Under the pieces are notes generated by a model. It saw nothing but the letters and a program-made list of their open reading frames with translations. It was not told the origin of the DNA and made no database searches. This document shows positions 18,903 through 28,866 of a stretch of DNA of 64,000 nucleotides, piece by piece (the stretch's first letter is position 1; each line of letters opens with the position of its first letter). This DNA comes from an uncultured bacterium. GTDB lineage: Bacteria > UBA8481. Position numbers and translations under genes: made by a program. The stretch spans positions 1-64,000 of the forward strand of contig CAZCME010000003.1 in NCBI GenBank assembly GCA_964499705.1. The letters run 5' to 3'.

Positions 18903-21900
18903 TGTGGAACATTAATGAATTCGCGGCAATCTCCATCCGTATGGCCTCGCCGGACAGGATCCGGGAGTGGTCGCACGGCGAAGTGAAGAAGCCGGAAACC
19001 ATCAACTACCGCACTCTGAAGCCGGAACTCGAAGGGCTCTTCTGCGAACGGATCTTCGGATCCACGAAGGACTGGGAATGCTACTGCGGAAAGTTCAAAT
19101 CGATCCGGTACCGCGGCGTCGTCTGCGACCGCTGCCAGGTCGAAGTCACGAACTCCAAGGTCCGCCGCGAGCGCATGGGACATATCGATCTCGTCGCGCC
19201 CGTCTCGCACATCTGGTACTTCAAGGGGATCCCTTCGAAGATGGGAATCCTGCTGGGAATGAGCGTGAAGGAACTGGACCGCATTCTCTATTTCCAGAGC
19301 TACGTCGTCATCAACCCGGGCGAAACGCCCCTGAAGAAGAAGCAGCTTCTCTCCGAGGAACAGTATCAGGAATCGTATACGCGCTACGGCAACCGCTTCA
19401 AGGCGGGCATGGGCGCGGAAGCGGTGCGCGAGCTTCTCGCTGAGATCGATCTCCCGCAGATCCGCCACGAGATCCGCGAGAGCCTGAACCTGAAGCAGTC
19501 GAAGCAGGACGAGAAGCAGTTGATCCGCCAGCTCGGCGTCGTCGAGGCGTTCATCTCCTCCAACAACAAGCCCGAGTGGATGATTCTCTCCGCTCTTCCC
19601 GTCATCCCGCCTGAACTGCGCCCGATGGTGCAGCTGGACGGCGGACGTTTCGCGACCTCCGACCTGAACGACCTGTACCGGCGCGTCCTGAACCGAAACA
19701 ACCGGCTCCGCCGCCTCGTCGACCTGAAGGCTCCGAACATCATCGTCCGGAACGAGAAGCGCATGCTCCAGGAATCCGTCGACGCGCTCCTCGATAACGG
19801 CCGCCGCGGCCGCGCCGTGAAAGGCGCGAACAACAACCGCGTTTTGAAATCGCTCTCCGACATGCTGAAAGGCAAGCAAGGCCGTTTCCGCCAGAATCTG
19901 CTCGGCAAGCGCGTCGATTACTCCGGCCGCTCCGTGATCGTCGTCGGCCCGGAACTGAAATTGAACCAGTGCGGACTTCCCAAGAAGATGGCGCTGGAGC
20001 TTTTCAAGCCTTTCATCATGCGCGTCCTCGTGAACAGGGGCATGGCGTCGAACATCAAGGCCGCGAAGAAGATGGTGGAGCGCGGATCTCCCGAAGTGTG
20101 GGAAGTGATCGAGGATGTCATCGCCGATCATCCCGTTCTCCTGAACCGCGCGCCAACGCTTCACCGGCTCGGCATCCAGGCGTTCCAGCCCAAGCTCGTG
20201 GAAGGCAAGGCCATTCGCGTGCATCCGCTCGTGTGCGTCGCATTCAACGCGGACTTCGACGGCGACCAGATGGCGGTGCACGTGCCGCTGTCGTCCGAAG
20301 CCATCGTGGAGGCCAAGGTGCTGATGATGGCGGACCGGAATATTCTTTCTCCCGCGTCCGGCAAGCCGATCATCACGCCGACACAGGATATCGTCCTCGG
20401 AATCTACTACCTCACGAAGGAAAGGGAATCCGCGGCGGACCTGACGAAGATCTTCTCCGATCCCGACGAATGCCTCTACGCCCTCGAAACGGGCGTCATC
20501 AGCCTGCACGGCCGCATCCGCGTCCGCGTCTCCGACGGCAAAAAGGGCCGCCGGATCATCGAGACGACGCCGGGACGCCTCATCTTCAACAGCGTCCTGC
20601 CCGAGGGCTTCGAATATGTCAACACGACGCTCGGCAAGGCCAAGCTCGGCGCGCTCTTCGACCAGATCTTCCGGTCCTGCGGCGAGACGATCATGGCCCA
20701 GACTGCGGACAAGATCAAAAGCCTCGGCTTCGTCTATTCCTCCCGCGCCGGCATTTCCATCGGCATCGAGGACATGCGCATCCCCTCGTCCAAGGATCAG
20801 CTGATCCACATCGCCACCGAGGACGTCAATCGCATCAACGATCAGTACAAGAAGGGCGTGATCACGGAGCAGGAACGTTACACGAAGATCATCGATCTCT
20901 GGACCGCCACGACGGACGAAGTCGCGAAAGTGATGTTCGACGAAATCGAGGCCGACCGCGAAGGATTCAACCCGATCTATATCATGGCGGATTCCGGAGC
21001 GCGAGGATCGAAGGCGCAGATCAAGCAGCTCGCCGGCATGCGCGGCCTCATGGCCGACCCGTTCGGCAAGATCCGCGAAACGCCGATCACGTCCAATTTC
21101 CGCGAGGGACTTTCCGTCATCGAGTTCTTCCAATCCACGACAGGTTCCCGCAAGGGCCTGACGGACACGGCTCTGAAGACGGCCAACGCGGGCTACCTGA
21201 CGCGCCGGCTCGTCGACGTCGCTCAGGACGTCGTCATCCTCGAGGAGGATTGCGGCACCAACAACGGTCTTCTCATCTCACACCTGAAGACCGGCGATGA
21301 AATTTCAGGCCCGGTTCACGACCGCGCGCTGGGACGATTCCTCGCAGAAGACATCGAGGACCCGGGCGAGGAGGGCAAATCGCTCCTCAAGGCCGGAGAC
21401 TATATCGACGACAAGGCCGCCAGGCTTATCGCGGACTTCAACATCGAGGAAGTGAAGATCCGGTCCGTCCTGACCTGCGATTCGCTGAAAGGCGTCTGCA
21501 AGAAGTGCTACGGCCGCGACCTCGCGACCGGTCGCATGGTGGAGATCGGCGAGGCCGTCGGAGTCATCGCGGCGCAGTCGATCGGAGAACCCGGCACGCA
21601 GCTGACGCTAAGGACGTTCCACGTCGGAGGCACAGCCTCGGCGGACGACACGTACATCCGCGCCCGCTTCACGGGCATCATCACGACACTGCCACCGCTC
21701 AAGCCGCAGATCGACGGAACCGTGTACGTCATCACGGAAGGCGAATTCAAGGGCAAGAGGATCGAGAAATTCGAGCTCGTTCCCAAGACAACGCTTCTCT
21801 ACATCAACTCGCGCGGCACGCGCATCCAGCAGCCGCTGAAGGCCGGGCTCCATGTCGACGTCACGGTGAAAAGCGGCGACACGGTCAAGGCCGACCAGGA

Positions 21901-23836
21901 CATCGTCCGTATCGAAGTGGGCATCAGCGACGCCTGCAAGGTCAAGACGATCAAGAAGGATTCCGTCATCGTCTCGATCGCCGGCAAGAAAGAGCGGCGC
22001 ATCGATATTCCGGCGGGATTGAAGATCATCGTGACCGAGGGCGACAAGCTCTCCGCGGGCGACGCCGTCGCGCGCAGGAACTTCGCGGCTCCCTTCGCCG
22101 GCAAGGTCGAGTTCTCCGCCCGCAAGGACGGGGGAGAGATCATCACGCTCGTATCATCCGTGGAAGAGAATATCTCCGCGATCTCCGAGAAAGGCCGGCT
22201 CGTCGAATCCGCCGCGCTCGTCGGAGCCGAGCCGAAGGTCAAGGTCGGATCGCACGTCGACCAGGGCGAAATCATCGGCATGAACCCTTCGTTCAACCCG
22301 ATCTTCGCTCCGATCACCGGCCACATCGAGTTCGAGCGCGCCGCATTGCAGCGGGAAGGCAACGAGCAGATCATCATCAAGCCTCTCGACGCGGAAGGCG
22401 ACGACCAGGGCGTCATGACCGTCTGGAAAGGCGTCGAGCTGATCGTCGGCGACGAGGATGAACTTCTCGTCACGCCGGGCGGCACCGTCGACATCGGAAC
22501 CGCGGTCATCAAGAAGGATGGCGGAAAGAGCATCTCGTCCACCGTCAAGGGCACGCTCCATGTCGTCCGTCGCTACGTCGCCAAGAACGGCAAGGCCATC
22601 GCGGTCGTCCGGATCGCGGAAGTCGTCGAAAAGCGGACGCTGCCGTATCTCCGATACACCCGCACGTCGGCGAGCACCTCGAAGTCGAAGGCACTGTCGA
22701 AGGTCAAGAAGCAGAACATCCGACTCATCTCCAAAAGCCACGTCGTCCGCATCGACGTCTTCAAGCGGGCGGAGGAGATGCGCGACACCATCAAGGTGAT
22801 GCTCGACGAGAACAAGGTCACCGCGATGCCGACCACGTACAAGAGCGATCTCTTCGCCTCGCAGGAATACTCCGTGCCGAGTGTCAAGGCTCTGCACGAG
22901 ATTCTCGAGCTGGAACGCTCGAACGAGAAGGCGCGCGAATCGATCACGGTCGATAAGGGCGACCTCGTCGTCAAACTCTTCTCCGACTTCCTCCGCGGGC
23001 CCAAGGAAGGCGGCGGCGAAAAGACCGGCATGACCAAGGACATCACCGGCGGTCTGCCGCGCGTCGAGGAGCTCTTCGAGATCAGAAAGCCCAAGTCCAC
23101 ACCGGCCTCCATATCGCCGGTCGACGGCAAGCTTCTGCTCGGACCGAAATACAAGAAGAGCCGCATCGCGATCGTGAAGTCCGTCGACGGAGTCGATCAT
23201 GAGATCGAGATCCCGCCGGAACGGCACGTGATCCTGGAGAACGACGCCGATGTTGCCGCGGGAGACCTCCTGACGGACGGCCCCGTCGACGTGCATGAGC
23301 TCCTGAAGGTGAAAGCCGAGACAGCGGTGCAGCAGTACATCGTCAACGAAGTCCAGGACGTGTACCGCATGCAGGGAGTGGAAATCAACGACAAGCACAT
23401 CGAAGTGATCACGCGCCAAATGATGCGCAAGGTCCAGGTCGCCAACGCCGGCGACACGGAATTCCTGACCGGCGACCTCGTCGACAGGATCCGCCTGGCC
23501 GAAGAGAACAAGCGCGTCGAAGCGCTCGGCAAGCGGGCCGCCACGTATCACCCGGTCCTCCTGGGCATCACGAAATCGGCAAAGCATTCCGACTCGTTCA
23601 TCTCCGCCGCTTCGTTCCAGGAAACGACATGGGCATTGACGCAGGCGGCGATCCTCGGCAAGCGGGACAATCTCCGCGGCCTGAAGGAAGCCGTCATCAT
23701 CGGACACCTCATCCCGGCCGGCACCGGCCTCCGGCAGTATCGCGAGCAGGTCGTGGCCGAACCGACGGAAGAAGCGCAAGCGGAAGCGGCGGCTCAGACC
23801 GTACTGCCGCCGACGACACCGGTGGCCGCAGCGTAG
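18902..23836 (+). CDS. rpoC: RNA polymerase beta-prime subunit with a large trigger-loop insertion
   Basis: NADFDGD active site, [12 protein letters not shown] and [14 protein letters not shown] motifs; 1644 aa. Confidence 0.99.
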   Translation: MWNINEFAAISIRMASPDRIREWSHGEVKKPETINYRTLKPELEGLFCERIFGSTKDWECYCGKFKSIRYRGVVCDRCQVEVTNSKVRRERMGHIDLVAPVSHIWYFKGIPSKMGILLGMSVKELDRILYFQSYVVINPGETPLKKKQLLSEEQYQESYTRYGNRFKAGMGAEAVRELLAEIDLPQIRHEIRESLNLKQSKQDEKQLIRQLGVVEAFISSNNKPEWMILSALPVIPPELRPMVQLDGGRFATSDLNDLYRRVLNRNNRLRRLVDLKAPNIIVRNEKRMLQESVDALLDNGRRGRAVKGANNNRVLKSLSDMLKGKQGRFRQNLLGKRVDYSGRSVIVVGPELKLNQCGLPKKMALELFKPFIMRVLVNRGMASNIKAAKKMVERGSPEVWEVIEDVIADHPVLLNRAPTLHRLGIQAFQPKLVEGKAIRVHPLVCVAFNADFDGDQMAVHVPLSSEAIVEAKVLMMADRNILSPASGKPIITPTQDIVLGIYYLTKERESAADLTKIFSDPDECLYALETGVISLHGRIRVRVSDGKKGRRIIETTPGRLIFNSVLPEGFEYVNTTLGKAKLGALFDQIFRSCGETIMAQTADKIKSLGFVYSSRAGISIGIEDMRIPSSKDQLIHIATEDVNRINDQYKKGVITEQERYTKIIDLWTATTDEVAKVMFDEIEADREGFNPIYIMADSGARGSKAQIKQLAGMRGLMADPFGKIRETPITSNFREGLSVIEFFQSTTGSRKGLTDTALKTANAGYLTRRLVDVAQDVVILEEDCGTNNGLLISHLKTGDEISGPVHDRALGRFLAEDIEDPGEEGKSLLKAGDYIDDKAARLIADFNIEEVKIRSVLTCDSLKGVCKKCYGRDLATGRMVEIGEAVGVIAAQSIGEPGTQLTLRTFHVGGTASADDTYIRARFTGIITTLPPLKPQIDGTVYVITEGEFKGKRIEKFELVPKTTLLYINSRGTRIQQPLKAGLHVDVTVKSGDTVKADQDIVRIEVGISDACKVKTIKKDSVIVSIAGKKERRIDIPAGLKIIVTEGDKLSAGDAVARRNFAAPFAGKVEFSARKDGGEIITLVSSVEENISAISEKGRLVESAALVGAEPKVKVGSHVDQGEIIGMNPSFNPIFAPITGHIEFERAALQREGNEQIIIKPLDAEGDDQGVMTVWKGVELIVGDEDELLVTPGGTVDIGTAVIKKDGGKSISSTVKGTLHVVRRYVAKNGKAIAVVRIAEVVEKRTLPYLRYTRTSASTSKSKALSKVKKQNIRLISKSHVVRIDVFKRAEEMRDTIKVMLDENKVTAMPTTYKSDLFASQEYSVPSVKALHEILELERSNEKARESITVDKGDLVVKLFSDFLRGPKEGGGEKTGMTKDITGGLPRVEELFEIRKPKSTPASISPVDGKLLLGPKYKKSRIAIVKSVDGVDHEIEIPPERHVILENDADVAAGDLLTDGPVDVHELLKVKAETAVQQYIVNEVQDVYRMQGVEINDKHIEVITRQMMRKVQVANAGDTEFLTGDLVDRIRLAEENKRVEALGKRAATYHPVLLGITKSAKHSDSFISAASFQETTWALTQAAILGKRDNLRGLKEAVIIGHLIPAGTGLRQYREQVVAEPTEEAQAEAAAQTVLPPTTPVAAA

Positions 23837-23867
23837 GAAATTCCTCATGGCATTTCAGAGTAAAAGA

Positions 23868-23900
23868 AAGCCCTCGGAGTAACACTCCGGGGGCTTCTTT
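23868..23900 (+). terminator. Intrinsic terminator after rpoC (likely bidirectional)
   Basis: AAGCCCTCGGAGT-aac-ACTCCGGGGGCTT followed by CTTT, with an A-rich 5' flank. Confidence 0.8.
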
Positions 23901-24160
23901 CGTGACGAGCGACATCATAAAAACTGTCACCAACAAGTTGCGCTCTGAAACCAGTGCGGGATCCTGCGATAAGAAATCAGGTATTATGCCGCTGATCTCC
24001 ACATATGACTCAAAGGCTCGAAGGGCTCCAAGAAAACCAATACATCGTTATCACTCAGTGACGATCATGAATTTCTTCGAGGCCTTTGTGTCTTCGAGTT
24101 GAAAAATCCGCATCTGGCTGAACGAAGGCTGAAGCTCCATGGACATGTTGACTTATTCCT

Positions 24161-25129
24161 CTACAGAAACTCCTTCATTCCCTCCCTGAAGCTCGGGTAT
24201 CGAGGAACCCAGCCGAGGCTCCTCAATAGCGTATTCCTGACGCGCTTGTTGGAGCGCGGGACGCGCATCGGCGCGCGGTCACCCGCGGCATCATCGGAAT
24301 CATCGCACTCGAACGGTATCCGCTCCGGCCACTTCATACCCCTCTCTTCCATGACCCATCGCGCGACATCGATGGCCCGCGCCGGGTCATCGTCGGAACA
24401 GTTGTAGACTCCCTCAAGATCGGGCCTGTCCATGAGCAATGTCAGGGCCGCGACAATATCCTCCACGCGCACGCGATTGGTCCAGAACTCGCCGCGCATC
24501 GGCAGCTTTTCCGGATGCAGATATCTCCGCAGCGGATTCCGGCCCGGACCATAGATTCCAGCAAGGCGCACCAGGCACGACGACATGTCACGCGCTTCAC
24601 GAACAATCTCTTCGGCTTCGATCAGCCCGCGCCTTCGCGCATCCGTGCTCTCCCGGGCACCGTCACTAGCGCGCGCCTTAAGTCCACTCCCGCCGGCAAG
24701 CGTCGACTTTTCATCGACCCACCCGCCAGCTCTCTCCACATACACACCCGTGCTGGACGTGTAGATCACCCGTTGCGCATGAAGGGAACGAGCCAGTCGA
24801 ACGGAACCCCTCATCGCATCGCCGAACTCGTCTCCCGAGCGCGACTGCAATGCCGCGGATCTCGGCGGCGACAGGGTGATCACCACCCGGTCGACAATCG
24901 GCGCCACCCGGAGGACCTGCTCCAGAAGTCGCGGGTCGCGGAGGTCGCCCTTGATCCCGTGCCATGATCCAGGCGCGCCCGATCCTCCTTCAGTCGACCG
25001 AACCAGGTTTTCCTCCTGGCGACGAGCAGTAATGACGCGCGCCCCATCACGAACCAGAGACTCGGCAAGAAGACCGCCCACATATCCGGCTCCGGCGATC
25101 AGGACGACGCGTGGTGAACCGTCAGCCAT
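24161..25129 (-). CDS. NAD-dependent epimerase/dehydratase (atypical SDR, YeeZ-like)
   Basis: IAGAGYVG, YTSSTGVY, RLAGIYGPGR, NKRVRN and YPSFREG motifs. Confidence 0.9.
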   Translation of the reverse strand: MADGSPRVVLIAGAGYVGGLLAESLVRDGARVITARRQEENLVRSTEGGSGAPGSWHGIKGDLRDPRLLEQVLRVAPIVDRVVITLSPPRSAALQSRSGDEFGDAMRGSVRLARSLHAQRVIYTSSTGVYVERAGGWVDEKSTLAGGSGLKARASDGARESTDARRRGLIEAEEIVREARDMSSCLVRLAGIYGPGRNPLRRYLHPEKLPMRGEFWTNRVRVEDIVAALTLLMDRPDLEGVYNCSDDDPARAIDVARWVMEERGMKWPERIPFECDDSDDAAGDRAPMRVPRSNKRVRNTLLRSLGWVPRYPSFREGMKEFL

Positions 25130-25243
25130 GGATCGATCGCATTCCCATGCGAAGAAGATACGCGCGTCCAGTCAATATTCAAGGCGCGCGTGTCGACGCG
25201 GCAATGAGCGGCGGCAAAGAGCACACGATGGACAGGGCCCCGG

Positions 25244-25747
25244 CTAGTAAAGAAGCTCCTCATCCTCCCCCGCGTCTCCGCCGCCGTTACCGACACCGGC
25301 GCCGACAAGCGACGAGGCCCCGGCTTCGCCGCGCGATCGACCCTGGGCCCCTTCGGCCGAGGGCGAGTCGGCGGAGCCCGGCGAACCACCATTCTTCTTG
25401 CCGGACCAGAGGAAGTTCACGTGGTCCGTGAAAATCTGAAACGTCTTATGCTCATGCCCATCCTTGTCCGTCCAGTCGTTCGGTTCCAGCCGTCCAGTAA
25501 CGAGCAGCAGTTCGCCCTTCTTCTTATGCGTCGCGATCACTTCCGCGACATGTCCGAAGACGCTCGCGCTGATGAATGTCGTCCTTTGCTTCAACTCCCC
25601 CTGGACGCCGGGCGTCGCGGTTTTCTCGCGATACATGTGATTCGAAGCCAGCCGAAGACTGACGACCGCCGTTCCTTTCGCGGTGAAGCGCAGCTCCGGA
25701 TCGGCCGTCAACCTCCCGCTCACCGTAATAATGTTCACGTCAGACAT
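25244..25747 (-). CDS. ssb: Single-stranded DNA-binding protein (accessory type)
   Basis: N...GRLTADPELRFT, KKG...VTGRL...W OB-fold motifs, Gly-rich linker, acidic tip EDEELLY. Confidence 0.92.
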   Translation of the reverse strand: MSDVNIITVSGRLTADPELRFTAKGTAVVSLRLASNHMYREKTATPGVQGELKQRTTFISASVFGHVAEVIATHKKKGELLLVTGRLEPNDWTDKDGHEHKTFQIFTDHVNFLWSGKKNGGSPGSADSPSAEGAQGRSRGEAGASSLVGAGVGNGGGDAGEDEELLY

Positions 25748-25970
25748 GTTCTTCTCCTTCTCTCCGATAAACTTCCCGTTTCCTCTTGAAAGCGGGCTCG
25801 TCGCGCTTCAGTTCGCCGCGCAAGGACACAAGACCGCGCGAGGGCAGGACAAAACATCGCGCGCCTCGACTGAATTCAACGATCGCGATCCTGACGGACG
25901 ACCCGAAGACGCCCTTGAACGTCCCGAGCCCGTATTCTCCGTGAACGACCCTGCCTCCGCTTCTGAACAC
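25740..25970 (-). CDS. 76-aa hypothetical protein with Tudor/CarD-RID-like N-terminus
   Basis: GGAGGTG RBS before the GTG; 8-nt overlap with the ssb start; FRSGGRVVHGEYGLGTF pattern. Confidence 0.6.
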   Translation of the reverse strand: MFRSGGRVVHGEYGLGTFKGVFGSSVRIAIVEFSRGARCFVLPSRGLVSLRGELKRDEPAFKRKREVYRREGEEHV

Positions 25971-26153
25971 CTTTCACCTCCCTGGGCAATCACAACGCAT
26001 CGAACGTGCCGTGCGTAAGACCTGTAAATGGAAAGTGCTCCCGCGAAGAAAAGTGTCTAATACTGTCGAAGTGTACAATATTCGACACTTTACTTCGTCG
26101 TCTCGCGGAGCCTATCGTTTGATGCAGCGCGCGAATTGAGTTATACATCTTTC

Positions 26154-27011
26154 ATGCTGCGAGTCGCGCTTTTTGCTCTGCCAGGTCCGGGGGACGCCGT
26201 CATGGAGATCGTCGCCCCCGTGCTCCTTGTTCGCGGGGAGCCGTCGGATTTTCCCGATGCCTTGTTTCCAACTGTCGACGCGAATGCTCCCGACTTTCTC
26301 TCGCGATTCCGATCGGCCGGGCCCGATCTCGTGCTGGTCGCGGGCTGGGAATCCAGAATTCCTTCCTCTCTCTATGCGGACCTACCCTTCGGGGGATGGA
26401 ATATTCACCCGTCTCTGTTGCCGAACTACCGCGGGCATAATCCGTATTTTCACGTGATCGCGAAAGGGGAGACGGAGACAGGCGTGACCGTGCACAGGTT
26501 GACGGATCAGCTCGACGCGGGGGACATCCTTCTTCAAAGGCGCTTCACGATCTCATCCGGCATGACGATCGGCGACCTGTGGCGCGAGCTCGGGAAGCTC
26601 GGAGCGAAAGCCGCCGAAGAAACTCTCGTGCTCCTGAATGGTCACGCGTCGATCCGGGATATGCTGCGCCCTCAGCCAACCGGAACTTTTCCTAGAGCGC
26701 CTCACGTTCAACCCGCCGATCTCCTGCTCACTCCCGATATGACCCTCTTCCGAGCCGGCAATCTCATCCGCGCCTGCCATCCTTTTTACGGAGCCATTTC
26801 CCGCATCGATGACAGAATAGTCAAGGTGTACGAAGCAAGACCCTGCGGCAACAAGCGAATATCCGCCGCAGGCCCACTCCTGCATTTCAGCGATGGGTCG
26901 CTTGAAATCACCTCCCTGGACGTCGAAGGCGAGGGCTTGATGACGGGCGAAGAATTCCTGCGCCGGTTTCGCGGAGCATCCGCGCCCGTGGAAGTCCCGT
27001 CAGGAACATGA
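26154..27011 (+). CDS. Formyltransferase (Fmt/ArnA N-terminal-like)
   Basis: NIHPSLLPNYRG, TGVTVH and LDAGDI motifs. Confidence 0.88.
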   Translation: MLRVALFALPGPGDAVMEIVAPVLLVRGEPSDFPDALFPTVDANAPDFLSRFRSAGPDLVLVAGWESRIPSSLYADLPFGGWNIHPSLLPNYRGHNPYFHVIAKGETETGVTVHRLTDQLDAGDILLQRRFTISSGMTIGDLWRELGKLGAKAAEETLVLLNGHASIRDMLRPQPTGTFPRAPHVQPADLLLTPDMTLFRAGNLIRACHPFYGAISRIDDRIVKVYEARPCGNKRISAAGPLLHFSDGSLEITSLDVEGEGLMTGEEFLRRFRGASAPVEVPSGT

Positions 27012-27556
27012 CGCCGCTTTCATCGCGTGACTCTTCGCTGCTCGTCGAATTCGCCCGCGCATCCGTGCATGCGGCCGTGACTCGACAGCCGATTCCTCCC
27101 GCCCCCGCGCTCGATATCCTGAAGCAGAAGCGCGGCTGCTTCGTCTCGCTGCACAAGAGAGACAGGCTTCGCGGCTGCATCGGCAATTTCGTCGCCGACG
27201 TGCCGCTCGCGGAAATGATTCCCTCCATGGCCGCCGCCGCCGCGCTTTCGGATCCACGTTTTGATCCGGTTCGAGCGGACGAGCTGGACGAACTTTCCAT
27301 CGAGCTCTCCATCCTGACGCCTCCCGCTCGCATTTCTTCCGTGCGGGAGATCCGTCCCGGCATCGATGGAATTCTCATTCGCGGTGCGCGCGGAAAAAGC
27401 GGATGCTTTCTACCGCAGGTCGCGACGGAGACAGGATGGAGCGCGGAAGAATTCGTGCGTCGATGCCTGACTGAAAAAGCGGGGCTTCCCGCGGACGCAT
27501 TTATTAAAGGCGAAGCGACGATCGAAATATTTCAGGCGGAAATATTTTCAACTTAG
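27008..27556 (+). CDS. AMMECR1 domain protein (AmmeMemoRadiSam protein A)
   Basis: GCFVSL...LRGCIG, AALSDPRF, FLPQVA and KAGL motifs. Confidence 0.93.
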   Translation: MTPLSSRDSSLLVEFARASVHAAVTRQPIPPAPALDILKQKRGCFVSLHKRDRLRGCIGNFVADVPLAEMIPSMAAAAALSDPRFDPVRADELDELSIELSILTPPARISSVREIRPGIDGILIRGARGKSGCFLPQVATETGWSAEEFVRRCLTEKAGLPADAFIKGEATIEIFQAEIFST

Positions 27557-27621
27557 GAGTGACAGATCTTGACAGAAGGTTAAAAGTGATGATAGTTCTC
27601 AACATGGAGGCACGTTGAGAC

Positions 27622-27990
27622 ATGGCCACAGTGGGTACGGGCGTTTTCATTTTCGCTGTCGCATTCGCGGCGGGAATCGCTTTCCTGATTCCCGCGCTGC
27701 GTGAGCTGCATCTCACATTGAAGGCCTATCGCAACATGGAGCCCAGGATTGTCGCGCTCCTGGATAATTCCCGGCGCATCACGGAAAACGTGGAAGAGAT
27801 CTCCCGGAATGTGCTTCACCAGACAACGAAGATCGAGCAGATGACGGAAGAAGCGACGGAAATGGTGGATCACGTCAAGCAGACGGTGAATCTCTACAAC
27901 CGCACCGTGGCCCGGCCCGCCATCTTCATCGCGAGCCTGGCGAGCGGCATGAAGGGCGTGTCGTCGGTTCTGTTTCGTAACAGGAAGTAG
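27622..27990 (+). CDS. DUF948/YtxG-like membrane-anchored coiled-coil protein
   Basis: N-terminal TM helix plus helical body; GGAGG RBS; precedes a YtxH-like gene; TTGACA at 27569 upstream. Confidence 0.65.
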   Translation: MATVGTGVFIFAVAFAAGIAFLIPALRELHLTLKAYRNMEPRIVALLDNSRRITENVEEISRNVLHQTTKIEQMTEEATEMVDHVKQTVNLYNRTVARPAIFIASLASGMKGVSSVLFRNRK

Positions 27991-28050
27991 ATCGGCGCGT
28001 CGCGCGGCCTGATGCCGCATTGCGGCGTGTCGCAGAAGGAGGATGGGACA

Positions 28051-28380
28051 ATGAGTTGTGAAAATCGTGAAGACGGGAGCTGCGGTTCATCCGTGCTTTC
28101 GTTTCTCCTAGGGGGCGCTCTCGGCGGAGTGCTCGGCATGCTGTACGCTCCGGGATCCGGCGAAGAGACGCGTCGAAAGATCAAGTTCTACGCGGAGGAA
28201 GCGGCGGACAAGGCCGTGGAGAGGATGCAGCAGATCCGCGGCGAAGCGGATGAAGCCATCACCAAGATGAAGAGCGAGTTCAGCGAGCAGAAGGATCGTC
28301 TCACTTCAGCGATCGATGCGGGACGCAGCGCTTTTCGCGAGGAGAAGGAGCGGTACGAGGAGGGATCGAACCCGACTTGA
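28051..28380 (+). CDS. YtxH domain protein
   Basis: FLLGGALGGVLGMLYAPGSGEETR signature; AAGGAGG RBS. Confidence 0.9.
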   Translation: MSCENREDGSCGSSVLSFLLGGALGGVLGMLYAPGSGEETRRKIKFYAEEAADKAVERMQQIRGEADEAITKMKSEFSEQKDRLTSAIDAGRSAFREEKERYEEGSNPT

Positions 28381-28558
28381 ACCGGCCGAACCGGGCAGAA
28401 AAAATATTCGAGTTAATGACAAAAATGTATTGAAGTGATTTGAAATCTTCATATCATCTCAATGGAATTGAATTGAAATGGAAGTAAGGCCTGACAAATA
28501 CATAAGGCCGGCCCTAAGGGGCTAGCGGGAAATCTCCCTTGAAAGGGGTGACGTAAAA

Positions 28559-28618
28559 GTGGCGAAAAAGGCAACCAAGAAGGCGACAAAGAAGAAGGCA
28601 ACGAAGAAGAAGAAGTAA
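28559..28618 (+). CDS. 19-aa Lys/Ala/Thr-rich basic peptide (histone H1-tail-like)
   Basis: GTG start translating to MAKKATKKATKKKATKKKK. AAAGGGGTGA RBS 7 nt upstream and a terminator downstream. Confidence 0.7.
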   Translation: MAKKATKKATKKKATKKKK

Positions 28619-28696
28619 GTTGTCTCAGTGCTAAGTGGAGCACCGCCGTGAAGGAGGAATCTTCGGAAACCTCCGACACGAAGCTGGTGCGTGAGC

Positions 28697-28728
28697 GGGC
28701 CTCGCAAGTTGCGAGGCCCATTCTTTTT
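28697..28728 (+). terminator. Intrinsic terminator
   Basis: GGGCCTCGCAA-g-TTGCGAGGCCC followed by ATTCTTTTT. Confidence 0.85.
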
Positions 28729-28866
28729 AAGGGGCGGAGCGTATGGTCGGAAATTATTTTCACAAGAATGCGATCGGATATGATTCGACCCGGATGAAGT
28801 CGGAATGACAGGAAGAGCTCCCATGGCAATCCCCGGGCGGCGCGCAGTGCGGCCGCACCCTCCGCG

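Noticed and set aside
15180..23848. Long antisense ORFs opposite rpoB/rpoC (1227, 833 and 564 aa) and similar ones opposite metG, gyrA and the 50-55 kb gene
   Set aside because: These are shadow frames produced by high-GC codon bias. They carry no motifs and fully overlap confident genes.
24051..24146. 31-aa - strand ORF (MSMELQPSFSQMRIFQLEDTKASKKFMIVTE) with a GAGGA RBS after the SDR gene
   Set aside because: Too short and featureless to support. It may be a gene remnant in an AT-richer gap.
26154..27011. Calling this gene fmt
   Set aside because: It lacks the typical FMGTPDF N-terminus and RGAAPI motif and has no def neighbour, so the substrate is unknown.
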